A stretch of DNA of 64,000 bases from a bacterium (GTDB taxonomy: Bacteria > Patescibacteriota > Dojkabacteria > JAKAPS01 > JAJZLI01), in NCBI GenBank assembly GCA_021816845.1, contig JAKAWT010000001.1, positions 70,087 to 134,086 of the forward strand. Direction: 5' to 3'. This document shows positions 32,993 through 43,494 of the stretch, piece after piece. Numbering within the stretch: position 1 is the stretch's first letter; every line of letters starts with the position of its first letter. The notes beneath the pieces were generated by a model. That model was not told where the DNA came from. It did not search any database and saw only the letters and a program-made list of their open reading frames with translations. A program made the translations under genes and the position numbers.

Positions 32993-34389
32993 GATAGTAA
33001 AAATTTCATTAATTCTTGATTTTCAACATCTTCTTCTTTGAAATCAGATATATTTCTCAATTTCTTAATATTCCTTTTCATTTTATATACATCTTCTACT
33101 TTTATATCCATATAATGTGAGAGTACAACTGTAATTAATACTTTCTGTTCAAATAAAGTATATGATTCTCCAATATCTTGGTTAAATAGAATATTAATTT
33201 TTTCACCTCTATCCAAATCTGCAAGTACTGATGATGGCATATTAACTCCAAAATGAGAAAATTTATACGCTTGATCATATTTAATTAAGGCCATATTTAG
33301 TTTTTCTGATATAGATTGCATAAATATCTCCTGCACTCTTTTACCTATTCTAGATACTGAGATTCCAGTATTGATTGCTGGCCTTATTCCTTTTAAATAT
33401 AACTCCCTATCAAAAAAAAGTTGCCCATCTGTTATAGATATGACATTAGTAGGAATATATCCAGTGAAATCATTGTTCTGAACTGATATTATGGGAAGGG
33501 CAGTCAAAGATCCCTCGTTATTTTTCACCCTACCAGCTCTCTCAAGAAGTCTAGAGTGAAGAGAGAAAACATCAGCAGGATAAGAATCTTTACCTGGAAA
33601 AACACCCTCTATCAAGGATATTTCCCTATATGATTTAGCATGCTCTGTAAGATCATCATATACTATTATGACATCCTTTCCCATACTCCATAAAGCCTCT
33701 CCAATGGAACATCCTGCAAATGGAGCAAGATAGGACTCAACAGGAAGCAATTCTGCTTTAGCAACTAAAACAACAGAAAATTCCAGCGTTCCACTATCCT
33801 CAAGTGATGTGATAATGCTAGAGACTTGATCATTTGTCTTACCTATTAGTACATAAACAATAAGTGATTTATCTTTTTGGTTACGGATAAGATCAATAAG
33901 GAAAGTTGTCTTTCCAGTCTTATTATCTCCAAGGATAACTTCTCTTTGACCAAAAGCTAATGGGAATAATGTGTCTACAACAAGATTACCTGTTTCTATT
34001 TGTTTTTTTATATCATCCCTTTGTATTATTGATGGCGCATCCCTAAAAATATCCAATTCTTTTGTATCTAATATTTTTCCTTTCCCATCTAGAGGCTCTC
34101 CAAAAACATTTATTACTCTACCTAAAGTATTCAAACCAAAAGACACAGTAAGAGTATCTTGTAGAACTAAGGCCATTTGTCCGGGGATAATACCTCTATC
34201 TTCAATGAGTACAATCTTTGATATATCATCATTAATCTCATTAACAAATCCACGCGAATTAGATTCAAATAATATTTGGCTTCCAGTTTTTAAATTTCTA
34301 AAACCTCTAACCTCACAAAATATTGAGTTAACAGCAATAACTTCACCAACTGCAACCCCATTTTTTAAGTTCTCTTTAAAACTAATCAT
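32989..34389 (-). CDS. atpA: F1-type ATPase alpha subunit (divergent, shortened)
   Basis: GQREVILGDNKTGKT, YDDLTEHA, HSRLLERAG, SITDGQ, SVSRIG. Confidence 0.93.
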
Positions 34390-34987
34390 TGGCTTTTATT
34401 TTTATATTGAAATCCTTTGATTCTAAATCATTTTGTATATCTTGATTTTTAGATACTACATCTCCCAATTTTGAATTTGTTGGATTGTGATCTATAGGAG
34501 CTATAATATCAATGATCTTATCAAGATTTTGGTTCAGTACATTAGAGTATGAGAAATCAAAATATGAGAAAGATGTTTTTAATACTACTCCTCCTCCTAT
34601 AGAATGATCTATCTTGTATGCAATGATAACATTCCCTTTAATTTTTTCTCTGAAGAAATTATATAATTTATCTTTGAAATCATCTGTAGCCTCTAAAGAT
34701 AATATTACATATATTTTTTTAGTATTCTTTTTAAAATCTAATAGAGCTGATTGTAATCGTTTTAGTTCTTCTATATCATCTGTTACTTTTCCATCTGTAC
34801 TGATCCCATAAGTATTAGAAAGCAAACTTAAAAGTGAAGTATTAATAACAAAATCACCCTCAAAATTGACATCTACTCTTCTTTGTATATCTCTAAATTC
34901 TATAAATTTTATATACAGATTCAAAGACCTAATACAAATATTAAGATATTCTATATCTCTAATTTTTGAAGCTAAATTATAATCCAT
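34382..34987 (-). CDS. F1 delta (OSCP)-like subunit
   Basis: C-terminal IDHSIGGGVVLK...DFS; position upstream of atpA. Confidence 0.65.
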   Translation of the reverse strand: MDYNLASKIRDIEYLNICIRSLNLYIKFIEFRDIQRRVDVNFEGDFVINTSLLSLLSNTYGISTDGKVTDDIEELKRLQSALLDFKKNTKKIYVILSLEATDDFKDKLYNFFREKIKGNVIIAYKIDHSIGGGVVLKTSFSYFDFSYSNVLNQNLDKIIDIIAPIDHNPTNSKLGDVVSKNQDIQNDLESKDFNIKIKAND

Positions 34988-35837
34988 ACCTTATTTCATC
35001 TATATGTTTTTCTAAGATATCAAAAATATAATCTTCTTGATCTTCTAAAGATACAGTGATATTCAAAACTTCTTTTATAACATTAACTATTACTAAAGCT
35101 GAGTCCTTTCTTATTGAATTAATAAAGTCTTCCCTAAGCTTCTTTGCATCTTCATTTAATTGATCAGAAAAAACACTTACTTTTTCTTTTTCTTGGTTTG
35201 CAACATCATCTAGTATCTTGGTAGTTTTAGATCCAATCTCTTGGAGATAATTATTATATATTTCCATATTCATTTTGGAAAATGAATCTATGCTTTGATT
35301 AATCTTATTCAAAACTTCCTCTATAGTTTTTGAAATTTCCGCTTGAGATCCTGAAAGCATTGTCTGATAAGCACTTTCAAAACTTTGCACTTGTGCTTCT
35401 AGATTTCTATTTATATCCTGTAACCCTGAGACAAGAACATTGGAAGAATCAGACATAGCTGACTCTTGGGTGGAAAGATTCTTTTCTATCTCAGCAATTT
35501 TTTTGTTATATATATCTGTGAGCTTATTTTTAAAATCTTCTTCTATTTTTTTATACAGTTCTTGTATAACAAACGATTCATTGTTAACTTCATTAATAAT
35601 ATCTGTAGTCTTGTTCTCTACTTCACCAACAATTTTATTTACATCTTTATTGTCTATATTTGCAGATTTTAGTATAACCTTTGAATCTAAACCTTTAGTG
35701 TCAATTGAATTTTTATTAACCCCAGCATCAAGATGTCCAGCATCAGGATGCCCAGATTTAGAACGCATCAGGTAGAAAACGAGTAACAAAAACAATAATA
35801 TAAGTAAAACTATTACAATTATAACAATCAGTAACAT
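34977..35837 (-). CDS. Subunit b-like protein (N-terminal TM plus elongated coiled coil)
   Basis: One TM then a long helical E/K/Q-rich region, 286 aa; first gene of the operon. Confidence 0.6.
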   Translation of the reverse strand: MLLIVIIVIVLLILLFLLLVFYLMRSKSGHPDAGHLDAGVNKNSIDTKGLDSKVILKSANIDNKDVNKIVGEVENKTTDIINEVNNESFVIQELYKKIEEDFKNKLTDIYNKKIAEIEKNLSTQESAMSDSSNVLVSGLQDINRNLEAQVQSFESAYQTMLSGSQAEISKTIEEVLNKINQSIDSFSKMNMEIYNNYLQEIGSKTTKILDDVANQEKEKVSVFSDQLNEDAKKLREDFINSIRKDSALVIVNVIKEVLNITVSLEDQEDYIFDILEKHIDEIRYGL

Positions 35838-35909
35838 AGTATTAATTTAGCAATTTTATAAGTTTTTTACAAATTGGTATGGATGAGGCATATATGTAGA
35901 AATCATAAT

Positions 35910-35938
35910 TTGACTATTCATATTATTTTATATACATT
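35910..35938 (+). promoter_or_regulatory. Putative sigma70 promoter in the divergent region between the ATPase operon and the surface-protein cluster
   Basis: TTGACT, 17 bp, TACATT; ends 13 nt before ATG 35951. Confidence 0.45.
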
Positions 35939-35950
35939 TATGAATATATT

Positions 35951-36772
35951 ATGGATGTTAAAATTTTTTATAAATCATTACTTCTTCTGTTTTTATCATC
36001 ATTATTCCTATTTGTCCCTATTAGAGATATAAATGCAAATAGCATTGGTAACATAGCACAAAACTATATTGCTTTAACTCACGGAATGCAAACTGGAGAA
36101 ATAGTATCATTAATATCAAAAAATACTTTTGCAGGAGTATATCCATCAGCAAAACCCAATGACCCTAATGTTTTTGGGGTAATTGATTTTAATAGTACTG
36201 TAATTACAGGAATAACAGCTCCTAATAGAATCCCTATTATTCAATCAGGAACAATTAATGTATACGTATCAAACTTAAATGGAAATATCCAAAAAGGTGA
36301 TCTTATAACTTCATCAATAGTTCCTGGAGTAGGAGAAAAAAATACAAATACAGGAATGGTAATAGGTGTAGCTAATGCATCTTTTTTGAAGAGTAATATA
36401 ATAAAAACAGAAACTATAAATGTGAAAGGTAAAAATGTCAAAATAAGTATAGAAAAAATTCCAGTACTATTAAGTTTTCAAGAATATTATGATAACAATG
36501 CCCTACAAAGCCAATTTAATGGATTTCTTCCAAATTTTATAAAAAAAGGAGTTTCTTTTGTAAATATCATCATAGCTATAATTATAGTATTGATGGGTTT
36601 TATAATTTTTCTAATTGGAACTTTATCATCATTAAGACAGCTTATGGGTGCTATGATAAGAAATCCTACATCAAAAAGATTAGCAATAAATAGTGCGATA
36701 ATAGTCATTTTTATATTACTTTTAATTTTCATCCTTACAATAGCTATGGGTTATGCATTCTTAGTAATATAA
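35951..36772 (+). CDS. Exported beta domain fused to a C-terminal subunit-c-like TM hairpin (paralog 2)
   Basis: Signal peptide; GEIVSL...VYVSNLNGNIQKGDLITSS.VPGVGEK...IGVA; TM-AMIRNP-TM. Confidence 0.8.
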   Translation: MDVKIFYKSLLLLFLSSLFLFVPIRDINANSIGNIAQNYIALTHGMQTGEIVSLISKNTFAGVYPSAKPNDPNVFGVIDFNSTVITGITAPNRIPIIQSGTINVYVSNLNGNIQKGDLITSSIVPGVGEKNTNTGMVIGVANASFLKSNIIKTETINVKGKNVKISIEKIPVLLSFQEYYDNNALQSQFNGFLPNFIKKGVSFVNIIIAIIIVLMGFIIFLIGTLSSLRQLMGAMIRNPTSKRLAINSAIIVIFILLLIFILTIAMGYAFLVI

Positions 36773-36784
36773 ATTAAAGTCTTA

Positions 36785-36813
36785 TTGACAAATACTGGCA
36801 ATTATTATAAATT
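36785..36813 (+). promoter_or_regulatory. Putative sigma70 promoter of the major surface subunit gene
   Basis: TTGACA, 17 bp, TAAATT. Confidence 0.45.
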
Positions 36814-36831
36814 GATATAAATTAATATAAG

Positions 36832-37950
36832 ATGAATAAAAATATGAAAATAATGAAAAGAATGGCGTTAAGGATAACAAATATATTCTTAATATTATCT
36901 TTATCGTTATATGCTTTTTCAGCATTACCTTTCTTAGCTAATACAGATGCAGCATCTTTGACTCCATTAACTGATGTTATGTCTAATTCTGGAGGATATG
37001 GGACAGGTGGCCCTCAAACAGTTTCAACTGCGAATGTATCTCACTCTTTTTCGTATACAACCCCAACTGCATATACAACCTCAAGTACTATTGATATATA
37101 TATACAAACAGCATCATCAATAGGTGGAGGTGAAGCAGCTACTGCTTTCTCTTCTGTAGCTGCAACTACCTCTACTGTAACAGTAAATGGTACTGCTGCA
37201 ACTGCAGTGACTCTAACAAATGGGGTATCAGATTCTAATTTTGCTGGATACACATTTACTGAAGTTGCAATTACTGTACCTGTAGCTATATCATCTGGTG
37301 CAACTGTTACAATAAATGGTATTACTGCAACTAACCCTTCTACTGCTTCATCATCAACAAATCAGTATGTTATTGATATCCAAGACTCAAATGGTAATGA
37401 CGGATATATGGCTGTACCTATAGTCACTAATGCATCAGTTGCCGTAACAGGAAGAGTTACCCCTTCTATAAATTTTAGCCTATCATCAAATACAACATCA
37501 TTTGGGGTAATGCAACTTGGAGTAGTTAACACATCGTCACCTGCAACAACATTGACCGTTTCAACAAATGCTCAATCTGGTGCAGTTGTATATGTATATG
37601 ATCATGGTAATGGAACATCTGGAGGTTTATATAACTCTATAGCAAATCATCTTATCCCATCATCTAGTACAACTTTAGCTGGAGGAACTGAAGGATATGG
37701 TATTAATGCTGCAACTACTTCAACCAGTGGTACTGGAGGAGTTATAGGTACAATGTCTGTATCATCACCATATAATGGGACAGGAGATGCAGTTGGAGCT
37801 TTAGCTTTATCATCTACAACTCTAGCCACTGGTACAGCTCCCATGTACGGAGTTACTATACAAGTAAACTATCTTGCAGCTATCAGCGTCACTACCCCTG
37901 CTGGTATATACAATGATGATGTAACCTACGTAGCTACTGGAAAATTCTAA
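36832..37950 (+). CDS. Secreted Ser/Thr-rich two-domain surface protein with a WxL/Csu-like C-domain (subunit A)
   Basis: Signal peptide; VTPSINFSLS...STNA...GTEGYGIN...PYNGTGDAVG...AGIYNDDVTYVATGKF. Confidence 0.8.
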   Translation: MNKNMKIMKRMALRITNIFLILSLSLYAFSALPFLANTDAASLTPLTDVMSNSGGYGTGGPQTVSTANVSHSFSYTTPTAYTTSSTIDIYIQTASSIGGGEAATAFSSVAATTSTVTVNGTAATAVTLTNGVSDSNFAGYTFTEVAITVPVAISSGATVTINGITATNPSTASSSTNQYVIDIQDSNGNDGYMAVPIVTNASVAVTGRVTPSINFSLSSNTTSFGVMQLGVVNTSSPATTLTVSTNAQSGAVVYVYDHGNGTSGGLYNSIANHLIPSSSTTLAGGTEGYGINAATTSTSGTGGVIGTMSVSSPYNGTGDAVGALALSSTTLATGTAPMYGVTIQVNYLAAISVTTPAGIYNDDVTYVATGKF

Positions 37951-37975
37951 AATATAGATAGTATTTGGGTAATTA

Positions 37976-38977
37976 ATGAAAAATTTTATAGTCTCTAAAA
38001 AAACATATATTGTTTTTGTAACAGTTTTAATAATATTATTACTCTCCCCTATTAATTCTTTTGCACAGCAACCAAACAGCACATCTACATTTTCTGGTGC
38101 TTTAAACTCCTCAACAAAATCTCATGAAGGAGCTACAACAAGTGGTATTACAGTATCACCTCTTCTAACGACAATATTTCTGAATAAAACAGAGAACTCT
38201 ACCCAATATATAACTTTATTTAATAACAACTCAACCCCAATAACTGTCAGTTTAGCATTCTCCAATTTTATATCAAAAAACCAATTTGGAGCACCTGAAT
38301 TTTTAGGTTTTTCAAAAGGACAAATACAGGATACAAATTTATTAATACAATCTCCTACTTCTATAACGCTTCCACCTTTAAAAACAATAAAAGTACCGTT
38401 AACAATTCTCACAAATAATAATACTCAACCAGGAGAATACTTCATTGGAGCTTTTGCTGTCATTAAAGGAAATACTATTAGATCAGCACCGGTATCTATA
38501 GCTACAAATTCTGCTATAGGATCATTATTTTTAATTAGAATTAATGGAAAAGTTTCTGAGACAGGATATATACAATCTTTTTCTGCAACAAAAAGTTTGT
38601 TTACTGGTGGGGCTGTAAACTTTCAGGCAATATTTAAAGACACAGGGAACGTAGACCTTATACCTCAAGGAGTAATTGATATATATAATATGTTTGGGAA
38701 GAGAGTAGCAAGTATTACATTTAACCAAAATAGAGCTATAGTCCTACCTGTTGGTGTGAATAGTAGAATATATAATTCTTCATGGAATCCTGAATCTTTG
38801 GCTTTTGGAGAATTCACAGCAAAATTATTTTTAACATATGGAACAACTACAGTAACAACCATATATCAATCTACAAATTTTTGGATAATACCTTTATGGC
38901 TTGAAATACTTGCAATAATAATAGTTATACTTATAGTTACATGGATAGTAAGGTTACGCTTAAAATTAAGGACATAA
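37976..38977 (+). CDS. Membrane-anchored chaperone-like partner (DUF916/DUF3324- or PapD-like) 1
   Basis: Signal; GITVSP...PGEY...IGSL; F.DTGNV.L.P.G.I.I.NMFG; C-terminal TM and basic tail. Confidence 0.75.
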   Translation: MKNFIVSKKTYIVFVTVLIILLLSPINSFAQQPNSTSTFSGALNSSTKSHEGATTSGITVSPLLTTIFLNKTENSTQYITLFNNNSTPITVSLAFSNFISKNQFGAPEFLGFSKGQIQDTNLLIQSPTSITLPPLKTIKVPLTILTNNNTQPGEYFIGAFAVIKGNTIRSAPVSIATNSAIGSLFLIRINGKVSETGYIQSFSATKSLFTGGAVNFQAIFKDTGNVDLIPQGVIDIYNMFGKRVASITFNQNRAIVLPVGVNSRIYNSSWNPESLAFGEFTAKLFLTYGTTTVTTIYQSTNFWIIPLWLEILAIIIVILIVTWIVRLRLKLRT

Positions 38978-39882
38978 TACCTAGACACCTAGTGTCTGAA
39001 CACATTATCTTAACAAATAAAAGTTTAAGTAACTTAATTAGTTATATTGTATCTTTAGTATTTTTATTCATATCTTTGTTTATCTTGATAATAAACATTT
39101 CTTCCTCAGTGTATGCCCAGAATTTTTCACAACCATTTACCCAAAGTGCAGGTAAACAAACTGTAAATATTCACGCTTATGCCCCACTACTAGATAACTG
39201 GGCATATATAATATCCAGTCAGGGGAAAATATATATTAGACAAGAAAATACGATATATATGAATGAAAAGATTCCTGTATATGTACAAACATTTGGAACA
39301 AATAAAACACCACTCCGTGATCAAACAATTTTTCTGTCATCACCTGATACGAAATATGGTCTACATATAATCGAGCCTAAAATCCCAACAAATGTTAAAG
39401 GATTAACAATCGGCTATATAACATCAACATACAATCAACCTATTATGTACACAATCATAGCAACTGACACGACATATGCAGAAGCCCCAGTAGTATTTAA
39501 AAACATGCTTCAAGTACAATACTATCCATCAAGAAACTATAAGCCTCCATTCTTTACAAATATTCTTAATTCCTTAGGAAATTTATTCTCATCAACAACA
39601 AATATCTTAGATATATTTAGTATTGTCATTGCAATTATCACATTTTTAATAGTGGAAAGAAAATTGCTAATATCAAAAATATCTATAACAATACAAAATC
39701 AATATAGAGTTTTATTTGGTATGCTAAGGATCTTAGTGATACCATATATTATATCAATTTTTGCGTTATACAACCAACACTCATTAATTAATTATATATC
39801 TATTGCACTCCTTGTACTGGTTAGTGTACATTTTATATTAGTATATATAAAAAATCTGAAGGAAGCAGTCTCTAAATCTTAG
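38941..39882 (+). CDS. Membrane protein with an Ig-like (Big_1/invasin-like) exported domain and C-terminal TMs
   Basis: Signal/TM; VYVQTFG..TPL...TN.KG...YTIIATD; three C-terminal hydrophobic helices; start uncertain. Confidence 0.6.
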   Translation: MDSKVTLKIKDIIPRHLVSEHIILTNKSLSNLISYIVSLVFLFISLFILIINISSSVYAQNFSQPFTQSAGKQTVNIHAYAPLLDNWAYIISSQGKIYIRQENTIYMNEKIPVYVQTFGTNKTPLRDQTIFLSSPDTKYGLHIIEPKIPTNVKGLTIGYITSTYNQPIMYTIIATDTTYAEAPVVFKNMLQVQYYPSRNYKPPFFTNILNSLGNLFSSTTNILDIFSIVIAIITFLIVERKLLISKISITIQNQYRVLFGMLRILVIPYIISIFALYNQHSLINYISIALLVLVSVHFILVYIKNLKEAVSKS

Positions 39883-39930
39883 GATACAGATTTTAGAGAT
39901 TGTATTGCTTGATAATATAAAGATATAAAT

Positions 39931-40890
39931 ATGAACACTTTAACTAAGGATAACCTTAACAAAATTAAAAAAAGTGTGTTAGTTTTGGTACTTATATTAT
40001 TAGTATTGTCTACAGGTATTTTATATTCTGTAAATGCAGCAACACTGACTCCAATATCAGATACTATGTCAAACCAAACAGTATCAGTGTCATCAGCAAA
40101 TAATTTCTCATTTGATGCAGTATCTGGTATTCCAGCTTCAGGAACAGTGACCATAACATTTCCATCAGGGTTTACTTCTGTAGCAGTGACTTCAGCAACA
40201 TCATCTATGTCAGGTGCAACATTTTCAGTTACTGGTAATGTTGTAACAGTAACAAACGGTACTACTGCTGTAACAGCCGGAACTACAGTAACGATATCTA
40301 ATATAACAGCCATAAATCCTAGTACAGCATCATCTACATCTACTCAATATATTATTACAATATCTGATTCAGGAGGTGACAACGCATCAATTGCTGTTGC
40401 CATAGTAACAAGCTCTCAAGTAACTATATCTGCAACAGTAAATCCTACAATAACTTTTTCAATCTCGTCCAATAGTATAAGTTTTGGTGTGTTAACTGCA
40501 ACCACAGTTTCATCTCAAACTAATACATTAACACTTTCAACTAATGCTTCTAAAGGGGCTAATATCACAGTCTATGACCTTAATGCTGGACTATTACAAA
40601 ATGTCTCATCTGGACACTTAATTGCATCTTCTACAGCAACCCTATCTGCAGGAACAGAAGGGTATGGTATTAATGGATCTGGGGCGGGAGGATTAACAGT
40701 TGTATCTCCGTATAATGGCACAGGTGATGCGGTTGGAGCATTGGTAAAGACAGCGCAAAATTTAGCATCCATATCTGTACCAGTATCAGGAGGGACAGTA
40801 ACTGTAAATTATTTGGCTGCAATATCTGCCGTAACCCCAGCAGGAACATATGCTGATACAATAACATATATAGCTACAGGGAATTTTTAG
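39931..40890 (+). CDS. Secreted Ser/Thr-rich surface protein with a WxL/Csu-like C-domain (subunit B)
   Basis: Signal peptide; VNPTITFSIS...STNA...GTEGYGIN...AGTYADTITYIATGNF. Confidence 0.8.
   Translation: MNTLTKDNLNKIKKSVLVLVLILLVLSTGILYSVNAATLTPISDTMSNQTVSVSSANNFSFDAVSGIPASGTVTITFPSGFTSVAVTSATSSMSGATFSVTGNVVTVTNGTTAVTAGTTVTISNITAINPSTASSTSTQYIITISDSGGDNASIAVAIVTSSQVTISATVNPTITFSISSNSISFGVLTATTVSSQTNTLTLSTNASKGANITVYDLNAGLLQNVSSGHLIASSTATLSAGTEGYGINGSGAGGLTVVSPYNGTGDAVGALVKTAQNLASISVPVSGGTVTVNYLAAISAVTPAGTYADTITYIATGNF
40055..40310 (+). repeat. 256-bp intragenic duplication, copy 1 (copy 2 at 45674-45929)
   Basis: Manual alignment gives 11 mismatches in 256 bp and no gaps. Confidence 0.92.
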
Positions 40891-40964
40891 AAATTTACTT
40901 TATAAGAATCATCTAGATATATTTAATATTAAACTCTATTCTGCTATTATTTATATATTAAAGT

Positions 40965-42386
40965 ATGAAAAAATATATATTCCTCTTTATATTTTGTTTT
41001 ATAATATTATTTGTACCAAAGATACTGGTGCCTGAAACCGTTCTTGCCCAAAATTATGTATCTACAGACTATATTTTATCAGATCCAGTTTTTGGAGAAT
41101 CAGGTCCTTATGTATCATCTCCATCATTTAAAGAGAGAAGTGCTCTTGGACAAACAGCTACAGGTATATCACAAAGTACCAATTTTATTTTAAAATCAGG
41201 ATTTGAATATTATTCTGGACAATCTGTTCCATCAATTACAATGTCACTAAATACCAATTTGATTAACTTCAATACTGTAGCTCCAAATACAATAGTCAAA
41301 TCTCCAACAAATTCAATCATTACAATATCATCCAATGCAGAATCTGGATATAACCTTTATATAGAGCAAAATAATAATCTTACAAACCAACAAGGGGATA
41401 CTATACCTCAAGTTTCAAATGGAGCAACTACAACTACTGCAGCACCATGGACATCGGCATCATATTATGGTTTAGGATATAACTGTTCTTCAGCGAATAC
41501 GTATGAACAAGCAGTTCTTGTAAATTCTCCAATTGGATTCTGGTCACTAGGAGAAACAACAGGTACTACAGCATACGATTTATCTGGAAACGGGAACAAT
41601 GGAACATATACAGGAGGATATACTCAAGGAGCCCCTGGCCCTATATCTAATTCTAATTTGGGAAATTCTACACTATTTAATGGATCTAATTCATATGTAT
41701 CACTCCCAAATGTAATACAACCATATACAATAATTACTATATCCTTATGGTTTAAAACAACATCTGATGGAATAATATTAGGATATCAAAATGCTACGGT
41801 AGGATCGGCTCAAAATGATTATGTACCAATTATATACATAGGAACTGATGGTAAATTAAGAGCTGAATTATGGAATGGTTTAGTTGATCCTATAACTACA
41901 ACTAATACTGTCAATGATGGTAGATGGCATAATATTACTCTGGTTGCAAACTCCACTACTCAAAGTTTATATTTTGACAATTCTCTTGTAGGTACATTAT
42001 CTGGAACAATAACTAATTTAACTATGACTTATAATCAGTTAGGTACTGGGTACGGATCAAGTTGGCCATCAACAAATGGATCATGGTTTTACTTTAAAGG
42101 AGGTATCTCTAACGTATCTATATATACATCTGCCTTATCATCTTCTCAAATACAAACCCTTTTTAATGATGGTATAAATTCTACTCAAGCGTTTTGTTCT
42201 CCCGATTTTATAAATACAAATTATTATAGACAACTATCATCTACAACAAATACTGAATTTGCATCATATTCCTCTATAGCAACAAACCAAACAATAACTG
42301 TTGGTTATGCAGTTAATGTATCAAACATTCAAGCATCAGGAATATATACAAACAATATTATATATACATTAACAGGAAATTACTAA
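40965..42386 (+). CDS. Secreted WxL/Csu-like subunit with an inserted LamG/concanavalin-like domain (subunit C, putative adhesin)
   Basis: PIGFWSLGE..GTTAYDLSGNGNNG...TISLWFKT...DGRWHNI; C-terminus SGIYTNNIIYTLTGNY. Confidence 0.8.
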   Translation: MKKYIFLFIFCFIILFVPKILVPETVLAQNYVSTDYILSDPVFGESGPYVSSPSFKERSALGQTATGISQSTNFILKSGFEYYSGQSVPSITMSLNTNLINFNTVAPNTIVKSPTNSIITISSNAESGYNLYIEQNNNLTNQQGDTIPQVSNGATTTTAAPWTSASYYGLGYNCSSANTYEQAVLVNSPIGFWSLGETTGTTAYDLSGNGNNGTYTGGYTQGAPGPISNSNLGNSTLFNGSNSYVSLPNVIQPYTIITISLWFKTTSDGIILGYQNATVGSAQNDYVPIIYIGTDGKLRAELWNGLVDPITTTNTVNDGRWHNITLVANSTTQSLYFDNSLVGTLSGTITNLTMTYNQLGTGYGSSWPSTNGSWFYFKGGISNVSIYTSALSSSQIQTLFNDGINSTQAFCSPDFINTNYYRQLSSTTNTEFASYSSIATNQTITVGYAVNVSNIQASGIYTNNIIYTLTGNY

Positions 42387-42389
42387 ATT

Positions 42390-43304
42390 ATGCAATTAAT
42401 CAAAAAATTTATAATTTCAATTATAGTATTATCGTTTCCTCTTGTATCCTCAATAAATACCTTCGCAATCTCGCCACAGGAAAGTATAAGAGTTACCCCT
42501 GCTTATATATCTCTAACTGAAAAATCCGGATCAAGTGCGTATGAGAATCTATCAATATTCAATAATTCCAACACTACTTTAAATCTTAATATATATACAC
42601 GAGGTATACAGTATGATCATAAAAAATTGATACTTATAAATTCTATATTACAATCTAATATTGAAAATTGGATTTCTATAAAAACTACAAAAATAAGTGT
42701 ACAACCACATAAAACACAGAATGTGCCAGTATATATTAATGTACCAAAAAATGAGAAATATGGTTCATACAATGGTGGAATAGTTATTTCAAATATACCA
42801 CAATCAAAAGTAGGAAATTCTACAATATTCGGAAGAATAATTGTGAACGTTTTTGTGAATATAAGAGGAAAAAATAAAGGATACTCAAATATAAATATAT
42901 CAAATTTAAATCACCCTTCTTTAGTATTTCAAAATTCAGCAATATTAAATTTAGAAACTTATAATCCTGGCCCGTATAATAATGCATATAAAACTAATAT
43001 TTACACATCATCAATATTCGGTTTATCAAATACTAATATTGGTAGAATAGGATTAGAAAATATACTTGTAGGGCAAAAAAGATACAATACTGTAGATTTA
43101 AAAAATTTAAAAATAGGTATAAATTATGTACAGATACAGCTTTCAAATATAGGTAATAATACTAAATCAAATGTGAATTTTACTATTTTCTATATACCAT
43201 TCTATACGATATATATTCTAATACTTATATTAATAGTAATATTTATGTACCATCTATATAGATTAAGAAAAATACAAAGAAAATTAAAAAACCGTAAGCA
43301 ATAA
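42390..43304 (+). CDS. Membrane-anchored chaperone-like partner 2
   Basis: Signal; IRVTPA...NWI...VPV.INVP...GSY; YNPG; C-terminal TM and RKIQRKLK tail. Confidence 0.7.
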   Translation: MQLIKKFIISIIVLSFPLVSSINTFAISPQESIRVTPAYISLTEKSGSSAYENLSIFNNSNTTLNLNIYTRGIQYDHKKLILINSILQSNIENWISIKTTKISVQPHKTQNVPVYINVPKNEKYGSYNGGIVISNIPQSKVGNSTIFGRIIVNVFVNIRGKNKGYSNINISNLNHPSLVFQNSAILNLETYNPGPYNNAYKTNIYTSSIFGLSNTNIGRIGLENILVGQKRYNTVDLKNLKIGINYVQIQLSNIGNNTKSNVNFTIFYIPFYTIYILILILIVIFMYHLYRLRKIQRKLKNRKQ

Positions 43305-43494
43305 TCATTATTAAATTCTGTAATAGTTGATTGATTAAAATTTCATGGTAAAAAATACTAAATATACCATTTTTTTTAAATCTCAACTTCCACTATATAT
43401 GTTTTAGCTATTTTGAATTTTTTCATATAACTATTATTACATTAAACAACCTAGTTACTAAATACTAATATATCTATGTATTTAGATTTTATCG

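Noticed and set aside
39879-40313. Near-identical minus-strand ORFs at 39879-40313 and 45555-45914
   Set aside because: They are antisense shadows of the duplicated segment in the Ser/Thr-rich genes, not a separate gene family.
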